NCBI GenBank assembly: GCA_963702845.1
Contig: OY969763.1
Coordinates: forward strand, 416,001 to 480,000
DNA from: an uncultured Verrucomicrobiae bacterium
Lineage (GTDB): Bacteria > Verrucomicrobiota > Verrucomicrobiia > Limisphaerales > Palsa-1400
Length of the DNA stretch: 64,000 bases
Direction of reading: 5' to 3'
A program made the translations under genes and the position numbers. Shown one piece after another: positions 22,204 through 29,872 of this stretch (position 1 is the stretch's first letter; the number at the start of each line of letters is the position of its first letter). Under the pieces are notes generated by a model. It ran no database searches, was not told the DNA's origin, and saw only the letters and a list, made by a program, of their open reading frames with translations.

Positions 22204-22617
22204 GTGACAAGAATTATTTTATACGTCGACGATGATAAAAACGACGCGCTGTTTGTTGAGCGCGCAATTAAGAAGGAGAAGCTCCCGGCCAAGCTGTTTA
22301 CCGTGCGCGAGGTGTGCGACGCGGCGGATTGGCTGACGGGCACCGGCAAGTTCGCCGATCCTGACAAGTATCCACGACCAGACGTTTTGATTGTGGATTT
22401 GCGCATGCCGCGGAGCAGTGGGTTTGATTTGCTGGAGTTTGTCCACGCGCGGCGACCGTTGCAGAAGATACCGGTGATTGTGTATAGCGATTCGGACAAT
22501 CCGGCAGATAAATTGCGGGCGTTTCAACTCGGTGCGAACGCGTATGTGACCAAAGCGTGGGGCATGGAGGAGTTGATGAGCTATGTGCGATCGGCGGTGA
22601 CGACTTTGCCAAAGTGA
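22204..22617 (+). CDS. Single-domain response regulator (Rcp1-like)
   Basis: VDDD, VDLRMP, YSD, GANAYVTK. Confidence 0.88.
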   Translation: MTRIILYVDDDKNDALFVERAIKKEKLPAKLFTVREVCDAADWLTGTGKFADPDKYPRPDVLIVDLRMPRSSGFDLLEFVHARRPLQKIPVIVYSDSDNPADKLRAFQLGANAYVTKAWGMEELMSYVRSAVTTLPK

Positions 22618-22721
22618 CGAACGCGCGACGAACCGGCACAATGGGGTGCGGCAATATTAATACGGCTTCTACGTCGAAAAATTTCCTGTAACCTTCTCGC
22701 TCGAACGCCTCAGTAACAGGC

Positions 22722-24965
22722 ATGAGCGATACGATGCGAATTTGTCCAAAGTGCGGCGTCCCCGTTTCACCGGAGGCGCCGCAGGGGTTATGTCCAAAAT
22801 GCGTTTTGGAGCAGGTTGCAATGGGAACGGAGGCGGGGCAGACGACGGAGCACAAACCTATGCCTCCGACGCTAGAGGAGTTGACGATAGCATTTCCACA
22901 ATTGCAGATCATCGAATTGGTGGGGCAGGGCGGGATGGGGTTTGTGTTCAAGGCACGGCAGCCGAAGCTGGAACGTTTTGTGGCGTTGAAGATTTTGCCG
23001 CAGACGCTGGCGTTGGATCCAGCATTTGCGGAGCGCTTCCAACGGGAAGCGCGGGTTTTGGCAAAGCTGAACCATCCGAACATCGTCACGATTTTTGATT
23101 TCGGACAGGCGGGCGGGTTTTTTTATCTGCTGATGGAGTTCGTGGATGGCGTCAATCTCCGGCAGGCAATGAAGCTCGGTCGATTTACGGCGGCGCAGGC
23201 GCTGGATATTGTTCCGAAAATTTGTGACGCACTCCACTTCGCGCACAACGAGGGGATTCTGCATCGCGATATCAAGCCGGAGAATATTTTGCTGGATTCG
23301 CGCGGGCGGGTGAAGATTGCGGATTTTGGGATTGCGAAGATTTTGGGCGCTGAAGCGGCAGCGGAAACGAAAGTAACTGCGCCACAGCAGGAGCACGTCA
23401 CGGGCATTGTCGGGACGCCGAACTACATGGCGCCCGAACAACGGGAACATCCAAGCGATGTCGACCAACGCGCAGACATTTATTCGTTGGGTGTGGTGTT
23501 TTACGAAATGTTGACGGGCGAGTTGCCCGTCGGAGTTTTCGCGCGCCCATCGCAAAAATCGCCGGTTGATCCTCGTGTTGATGAAATTGTATTGCGGACG
23601 TTGGAGAAAGAACGGGAGCGCCGACAGCAGAGCGCGGATGAGGTGAAGACGCAGGTGGAGACGATTGTCGAAACACCGCAGGCGCAATCGCCCCAATCCT
23701 TTTGGAAAAACGGCCACTACAATTACCGTTCAAAACAGACGTTTCTGGGATTGCCGTTGGTGCATGTCGCATGGGGAATAAATCCAGAAACCAGACGACT
23801 ACACCTCGCAAAGGGAATTGTTGCAGTTGGTCCGAGAGCGATTGGTTTAGTGGCGGTTGGCATTGAATCGTATGGTCTTTTTCCCGCAGGCGTTTTGGCC
23901 GTCGGTATAAGCCCGGTTGGGCTGTTTGCGCTTGGACTTGCTGCGGTTGGTTTGTTTTCAGTGGGGATGACCGCAACAGGTCTGGCGACGCTAGGACATT
24001 GGGCGACTGGGTTGATTAGATTTCATTCGGTGCTGTTGTTGTTGCTGGCTGTTGCAGGCGCGTTCGGTCTGAGCAGATTGATTGGATCAATTCTCACGGA
24101 TGCTTTTCGCGCGGCGAATGGAGGAGGTTCTGGCGGAACTGGCGTACCGCCGGTTATGAGCAGCGCGACACCGACGCCGCCGGATCGTTTCTGGAAACGA
24201 TTTGCAGTTGTCGTGCTCCTGTTAATTACGATTCCGATTGCGATTGCGATCATCGGGCTTCTCGCGGCAATTGCTATTCCGAATTTTGTGAGGGCGCGCG
24301 AACACGCGCAACAGTTGCGGCAATTGCAGCAGCAAACACGCGAGCCAGCGGCGCTGTTCAGTCCAGTAATCGATCCGAGCCTCGGCGATTCCGGCTATGA
24401 ACTGATCAGCACACTCGTAAAGCCGGGATATGCGGCCGTGGCGAAATTTCAGCTCATCGACGAACGGCATTCCGACGTAAAAACAATCCCAGAGTTAAAT
24501 TTCTATCTCGGAGCGCCGGCGACCAGCTCCAATGTGTCGCTGATCACAACGTGGCGCGTCGAACCTCTTACCTCCGAATCAGGCGCATGGACCATAAACG
24601 TTGAAGGCAAGCAGGTCGCGCTACGGCAGCATCAACAGGCAACGCTGGAACTCGGCAAATTGCTACCCACCGATGCGAAGATTACATTGTGGCGCGCGGT
24701 TAAACCCGCCCGCTCGTTTTGGGTCGGGCCGGGCGAATGGTCTGAAAACCAATGGTCCAGCATCCCGCTTTTTGTCGGTTTGGACGAGCAGAACAAAGTT
24801 GTTATTCGGGCCAATATCAAGCTATTCGTCTGCCCATTGCCCGCCGAGTCAGTCCGCGACTGGGCTTCGCCGGTTTGGCAACTCGGCGATTGGGAGCAAA
24901 ACAACGTGATCAAGAACGCTCTTGCACACTCACAAAAAATCGAGCAACCACATCTGAATAATTGA
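22722..24965 (+). CDS. Membrane Hanks-type Ser/Thr protein kinase
   Basis: N-terminal CxxC/CxxC, GQGGMG, VALK, HRDIKPEN, DFG, YMAPE, then TM segments and extracytoplasmic domain. Confidence 0.92.
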   Translation: MSDTMRICPKCGVPVSPEAPQGLCPKCVLEQVAMGTEAGQTTEHKPMPPTLEELTIAFPQLQIIELVGQGGMGFVFKARQPKLERFVALKILPQTLALDPAFAERFQREARVLAKLNHPNIVTIFDFGQAGGFFYLLMEFVDGVNLRQAMKLGRFTAAQALDIVPKICDALHFAHNEGILHRDIKPENILLDSRGRVKIADFGIAKILGAEAAAETKVTAPQQEHVTGIVGTPNYMAPEQREHPSDVDQRADIYSLGVVFYEMLTGELPVGVFARPSQKSPVDPRVDEIVLRTLEKERERRQQSADEVKTQVETIVETPQAQSPQSFWKNGHYNYRSKQTFLGLPLVHVAWGINPETRRLHLAKGIVAVGPRAIGLVAVGIESYGLFPAGVLAVGISPVGLFALGLAAVGLFSVGMTATGLATLGHWATGLIRFHSVLLLLLAVAGAFGLSRLIGSILTDAFRAANGGGSGGTGVPPVMSSATPTPPDRFWKRFAVVVLLLITIPIAIAIIGLLAAIAIPNFVRAREHAQQLRQLQQQTREPAALFSPVIDPSLGDSGYELISTLVKPGYAAVAKFQLIDERHSDVKTIPELNFYLGAPATSSNVSLITTWRVEPLTSESGAWTINVEGKQVALRQHQQATLELGKLLPTDAKITLWRAVKPARSFWVGPGEWSENQWSSIPLFVGLDEQNKVVIRANIKLFVCPLPAESVRDWASPVWQLGDWEQNNVIKNALAHSQKIEQPHLNN

Positions 24966-25708
24966 CACTATCAAAACCATCCTCTTTCGCCGACGCCTCA
25001 AGCGCCTTCGTGACGACGCACTGGACGCGGGTATTGCAGGCGCAGGGGAATTCGATGGATGCGAAGGCGGCTTTGAGCGACTTGTGCGCGGGATATTATG
25101 CGCCGGTGTTTGCGTTTGTTCGGCGCTGGACGAACGACGAAGAAGCAGCACGTGATTTGACGCAGGAATTTTTTGCGCGGTTGCTGGCGAAGAACGGCAT
25201 TGATAACGCGGATCGGCAACGTGGGCGGTTTCGGTCGTATCTGCTGGGCGCGGTAAAACACTTTCTTTCAGACGCTCGTGACCGTGATAAACGACTCAAA
25301 CGCGGTGGCGGGCAGCAGATACAATCGCTCAGCGCGTCGACGGAGACATCAACGTCGGTGCAATTGCCGGACCCGAATGCCGTTAGTCCTGACCATGAGT
25401 TTGATCGCAAATGGGCGCTGACGATTTTAGAGCGGGCGTTGCGATTGCTCGAACAGGAACACAATTCGAATGAGAAGGTGTTTGACGTGTTGAAACCGTG
25501 GTTGACTGGAGATACGGAGAATTTGAGCCAGGCGGATGCGGCGCGAGAATTGGGAATGAATGAAGCAGCCGTGAAGGTGGCGATTCATCGGCTGCGGCGA
25601 CGTTTTCGAGAGATTATCAAAAAGGAGGTTGGAGATACGTTAAATGATCCGGCGCAGGTAGAGCAGGAGTTGCAACATTTAATCAGTGCGTTGGGGGCGG
25701 GGCGTTAA
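24962..25708 (+). CDS. ECF sigma-70 factor (kinase-associated type)
   Basis: FVTTHW, ARDLTQEFF, GRFRSYL, region 4 AVKVAIHRLRRR; 4-bp overlap with kinase. Confidence 0.88.
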   Translation: MTLSKPSSFADASSAFVTTHWTRVLQAQGNSMDAKAALSDLCAGYYAPVFAFVRRWTNDEEAARDLTQEFFARLLAKNGIDNADRQRGRFRSYLLGAVKHFLSDARDRDKRLKRGGGQQIQSLSASTETSTSVQLPDPNAVSPDHEFDRKWALTILERALRLLEQEHNSNEKVFDVLKPWLTGDTENLSQADAARELGMNEAAVKVAIHRLRRRFREIIKKEVGDTLNDPAQVEQELQHLISALGAGR

Positions 25709-25914
25709 GGCTGAAACGGAAAACAGATGGCGGTAATGAGCATGTTTTCGTAGCGCTGCCACAGTTCATCGGCGGGGAGTGCGCTGGCTGACGCGTCGAA
25801 TTCGACGGTGACGATGGGAAGGTGTAAGGTCTCGCCTGCGTAGGAGCCGAGGGAACCATCGAGGGCTCCGACTTTACTCACCTTCAGGTCGCATGTGGCG
25901 GATATCGCTTCAGC
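25705..25914 (-). pseudogene. 3' fragment of the IS-interrupted M14 murein-peptide-amidase-like gene
   Basis: AEAISATCDLKVSKVGALDGSLGSYAGETLHLPIVTVE continues the 5' fragment in frame once the IS is removed. Confidence 0.85.
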
Positions 25915-26163
25915 CCCTATGAGGTTTGTCAATACGTAGTGTGCGTCGATGATATTTTTTTGAGTTGATCGCGCGGAGCGTAGTGGAACGGAGCGCAGTC
26001 GCGAGCGGTAGCGGTTGGACACTGTTCCATCGGCACGTGTCGTTCTTGGCGCGGCTTTGTTTATCTGTTCCTCTTCAAAGTTCCTTTCTTATTTTCTCTC
26101 AAAGCAGATTTCGTGAGGTTTGCTAAATCGGTGTCGCCGCGTTTTGTGTGTCGGGAGATTGTC

Positions 26164-26317
26164 CCGCACCAGCTCCTATCCGGACAGTTGAGATAAGACT
26201 CAACGCCCACTGTGTCTTACTTGCCTGACTGCGGCGACCGGGGAGTCCGCCCCTTCTAACGGACGGATGAACGCAAGGTTCACCAGCTGCAGCTACGGAC
26301 TGGACTCGCCCGATCGC
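26164..26317 (-). ncRNA. Putative bridge RNA/seekRNA: target-binding loop 26234-26317 and donor-binding loop 26164-26234
   Basis: Two stem/internal-loop/stem modules folded by hand; loop strands match the reconstructed target and the donor junction; transcript ends unknown. Confidence 0.72.
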
Positions 26318-26374
26318 AAATTGTTTCACGCTCTTAACTCTGGAGGTTCTGGTCACTAAAAAATTTAATGTGGT

Positions 26375-27526
26375 TCACACTCCGATCCAGCCGAGGTCTG
26401 CCATGGTGCAACGGCCGGTTCTCCAGCGCCACAGGTCCACGGCCAGTTGCCGGGCCAGGGCGATGACGGTTTTCTTCTTCATGGCCGTGCCGGCGGCGAG
26501 TTTGGTTTTCATTTTAGCGGCGGCCTTCCAGTGCGGTTGCCACATCAGAAAGCGCCAGACCGCTTCCACCAGGATCGCTCTGACTCGTCCGTTGCCCATG
26601 CGATCGATGCTGCCGACGCGCCGTTTGCCGCCCGAACTGTGTTCGCCCGGGCAACAGCCGGTGTAGCTGCCGATCTGTTTGCGATTGTGAAAGCGCTGCC
26701 AGTCGCACACCTCGCCTTCCAGTGTCACAAGAGTGATCTCGCCAAGGCCCTTGGGCCGTGGTTGTTCTTTGACGCGCGCGATTAGTTCCTCTTCCAGTTC
26801 CTGCCGTTGTGCCTCCATGGCGACGAGGACCTCGCGGAGCTTTTCGAGAACACCGAGCAGCCATGGATCGAGCGTGGAAAGTTTTTTCCAGTTGCGCGCT
26901 CCCCACCAGCGATGGGGCAGTTTGACGTGGCTGTATTCGGCGGCTTGCCCGTGCCCGCGATTGGCGAGCATGCGAATGGCTTTGTTGAGGAACTGTCTTC
27001 GTCGCGTGCCTTCGCGCTGGCGCTGCTCTTTGTCCGAAGGAATGCGGATGGGCGCGAGTTCGTTGATGTTGCCATCGACCCAGCGGGACAGGCGCAGGCA
27101 AAGGGCGCGCGCATCCAGCTTGTCGGTCTTGCGCTGGCCGTTTAGGGCAATCGGCGTGATCAGAAAACTTTGCGCACCGGCGGCGACCAGTTCGCGATGG
27201 AGCACGAAGCCGAACCCACAACTTTCCTGCACGCAGAAAACTTGCAGGCCTTCGCCGGTCCACTTCTGAACCTGGGCGATGAGTTGCTCACGGCTGAATT
27301 TGCGCGGCGCTTGGGGTGAAGCGTGATCGCGTTGGGCTACCGCCATGATGAACTCCAGATGCACGTCCAGGCCAAGCTTGAGGGCGGGTTTGCCGGCAAG
27401 CAGCACAGGACGTGGCAAAGGCTGGCGCGGCGGCACGTTTGCCAGCTTGCCCGCGGCAGGCACGATGGTTAGGGTTGGGACTGTCATGTGGGGTTTGAGT
27501 AAATATGTTTTCATTTTCAAAAACAT
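26375..27526 (-). CDS. IS110-family DEDD recombinase/transposase
   Basis: GLDVH (D), VQESCG (E), KTDKLD (D,D), C-terminal GCCPGEHSSGG Ser, IALARQL; true start may be later. Confidence 0.93.
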   Translation of the reverse strand: MFLKMKTYLLKPHMTVPTLTIVPAAGKLANVPPRQPLPRPVLLAGKPALKLGLDVHLEFIMAVAQRDHASPQAPRKFSREQLIAQVQKWTGEGLQVFCVQESCGFGFVLHRELVAAGAQSFLITPIALNGQRKTDKLDARALCLRLSRWVDGNINELAPIRIPSDKEQRQREGTRRRQFLNKAIRMLANRGHGQAAEYSHVKLPHRWWGARNWKKLSTLDPWLLGVLEKLREVLVAMEAQRQELEEELIARVKEQPRPKGLGEITLVTLEGEVCDWQRFHNRKQIGSYTGCCPGEHSSGGKRRVGSIDRMGNGRVRAILVEAVWRFLMWQPHWKAAAKMKTKLAAGTAMKKKTVIALARQLAVDLWRWRTGRCTMADLGWIGV

Positions 27527-27568
27527 CGTGACCCCGTGTGGGGCTGCGACTCAACCCTTCATGACATC

Positions 27569-28126
27569 TAATGCTTTGGCGTGGTCTGGGCCATCGTAAT
27601 CGATGCAGGTGAGCGGTTGGTGCAACGAGATGATTCGGGTCGGCTTGTATTTGGCGATTAACGCGTATAAGGCGCGGCTTTCCGGTTCGGAAAGAGGTTT
27701 TGCACCATGGTCGGTTTGCTGATTCCAATTCTTTGCAGGGAAATTGCGATTTAGGTCGATGCCGCGAATGTTGCGGCGTTGTTGATGAAACGCACCGTCG
27801 GGATTTGCTTCCGGCACGAGCAGGACGCGACGGTCTGTCAGGGTCGCTGGATGATCGCGCAGGAATTCGCCGAGGCGCTGCAGGAGTGGCGTGCCGACGT
27901 GTTCATTGCCGTGAATGCTGGCAAGGATCAGCACGGTCTCGGAAGTCTTTTTACTTTTGCCGAAGATATCGCACCCGATTGGCCGGCCTTCGACTGACTT
28001 GCCGATGACAATGTACTTCGAGGATGGGGTGATGTCATTGGCAGGACTCTCGCATCCGGAAAGATATGCCGATGCTACGACCAGTCCGAGGGATGCCAAC
28101 TTTCGGTTTGCAGTTTTATTTTTCAA
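27569..28126 (-). pseudogene. mpaA: 5' fragment of an M14 zinc carboxypeptidase (MpaA-like) lipoprotein, interrupted by the IS
   Basis: Lipobox LSGC, GKSVEGR, IHGNE, NPDG, RRNIRGIDLNRNFP, SEPES, ISLH. Confidence 0.75.
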
Positions 28127-28137
28127 CCCAGGCTTAT

Positions 28138-29541
28138 TTACACGACGCGCATTTGGACGGCGTCGACGATTTGTTCGCCGGACATCAATGAGCCGATGAC
28201 GACGATGGTCTGACCTTTTTGCAGATTGCCTTTTTGCATCAGGTTGGCGATGGCGGATTCGATCGTGTTTTCGGGATTGATCATGTCGAAGGGGACGACA
28301 AAGGGTTGACGCCCCAGCTTAACGTCAGTGCGCCAGCGACTTCGTTGGTCGCGCACATAGCGTAGACGGGGAGAAATGCGGGCGCAGCCAACCGGCATAA
28401 CGCGCCATGTGGCCGTGCCGAGTGAAGACGAGGATTGCAGCGGCTTTGAGTTCGTTGGCCATGACAATGGCGCTTTTCACGAGTTTTTGACGCGGCAAAA
28501 TAGTTTCGGCGTGATCAAGGACGTGGACATCGTTGTTTTCTTCGATGCGCGTGGCGATGCGGTCAAAGACTTCGACACATTTCAGCGGATATTTGCCCAC
28601 AGTCGTTTCGCCGCTGAGCATGATGGCGTCGGCTTGTTCGAAGACGGCATGTGCGATGTCGGTGACTTCGGCGCGCGTGGCCATGGGCGAGTTGATCATG
28701 CTTTCAAGCATGTGCGTGGCGACGATGACTGGTTTGCCGACTCGCAGACAAGTTTTGACGATGCGGCGTTGGACGATCGGAAGTTCTTCGTAAGGAATTT
28801 CGATGCCAAGATCGCCGCGCGCGACCATGATGCCATCGGCTTCGTCGGACGATTGAGCTCGAGGTTGTTGATGGCTTGTTGGTCTTCAATTTTGGCGATG
28901 ACGAACGGTTGGTGCGGGTTGTTTTCGAAAAGTTCGCGGAGTTGGAACAGGTCGCGAGCTTCGCGGACGAACGACAGGGCAATGAAATCGACGCCGATTT
29001 CCAAACCCATTTTGACGTCCGCAATGTCTTTTGCAGTGAGGGCGGGCAAGCTGACTTTGACGCCGGGAAGATTGATGTGGCGACGGCTGCCGAGTTTTCC
29101 TGGGGTGAGGACTTCGCATTCGACTTTGTTGGCGGTCTTGGACAAGACCTTCATTTCGATGTTACCGTTATCGAGTAGAACGATATCGCCGACGTTGATG
29201 TCGTTGACAAAGTTGGCGTAATTGACGTCGACGGAATGTTCCTCTTCGCGTTTTTCGCCACGGACGGTCAGAGTGAATTTTTGGCCGGGTTTGAGATCCA
29301 GCGGAACGCTCAAATCGCCGGTGCGAATGGCAGGTCCCTGCGTGTCCATCATGATGCCGATAAAAACATTTCGAGCCGCGGCTGCGGAACGGATGTCTTT
29401 GATGACGCGACGGACCCAATCATGGGGCGCGTGCGACATGTTGAGGCGAAAGACATTGACGCCGGCCTCAATAAGTTTGCCGAGCATTTCCGGGGAATCC
29501 GTTGCGGGTCCAAGAGTGGCGATGATTTTCGTGTGGCGCAT
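28138..29541 (-). CDS. pyk: Pyruvate kinase, two frameshifts
   Basis: TKIIATLGP, RLNMSH, DTQGP, IAKIE, MVARGDLGIE, DAIMLSGET. Confidence 0.93.
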
Positions 29542-29649
29542 TTTTACAATATCGCCGGAAGTTAAACATGCGCAGGGCAAATCACCAAACGGTTTTGTTG
29601 GAGAAGCACGCGGGCTGGCGGTTGAAGACGATTTGCTGCAGAGGAAAAG

Positions 29650-29734
29650 TGGTGCGCTTAGCAGGACTTGAACCTGCACGGATTGCTCCACTACCACCTC
29701 AAAGTAGCGTGTCTGCCAATTCCACCATAAGCGC
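29650..29734 (-). tRNA. tRNA-Leu (GAG)
   Basis: Acceptor GCGCTTA/TAAGCGC, encoded CCA, anticodon arm CTACT-TTGAGGT-GGTAG, long variable arm, GTTCAA T-loop. Confidence 0.96.
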
Positions 29735-29872
29735 AACCAGCCGGAATGTCCGGCTCGCACTAATGAAGCAGGTCGGAGTCTGATTCGCAAGTCGAATTAG
29801 GTGTGCCGGTTAGTTGCGCATCCCTGTAACTAAACCGCTCAATGCGGCAGTCGCGGAGCGACGCTCCTACCT

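Larger units (their letters stand above)
25915..27568 (-). mobile_element. IS110-family element, IS1111-like layout (~1654 bp, long non-coding end 3' of the recombinase)
   Basis: Removing it restores GCA TTA GCT GAA in the host gene; no long target duplication; imperfect sub-terminal IRs ATGAAGGGTTG / ATGAGGTTTG; TTGACA near the right end; boundaries +/-1-2 nt. Confidence 0.9.

Noticed and set aside
25705..26022. 105-aa ORF as an independent gene
   Set aside because: Chimera of IS right-end DNA and the 3' half of the interrupted mpaA-like gene
25917..27570. TAG as a 3-bp core or duplication of the IS
   Set aside because: Also in frame, but it gives ALGAE, a 14-bp promoter spacer and a poorer match to the RNA loops; kept only as an alternative
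29650..29734. tRNA-Leu as an island or prophage integration site
   Set aside because: No integrase and no duplicated tRNA 3' end seen; pyk lies directly downstream
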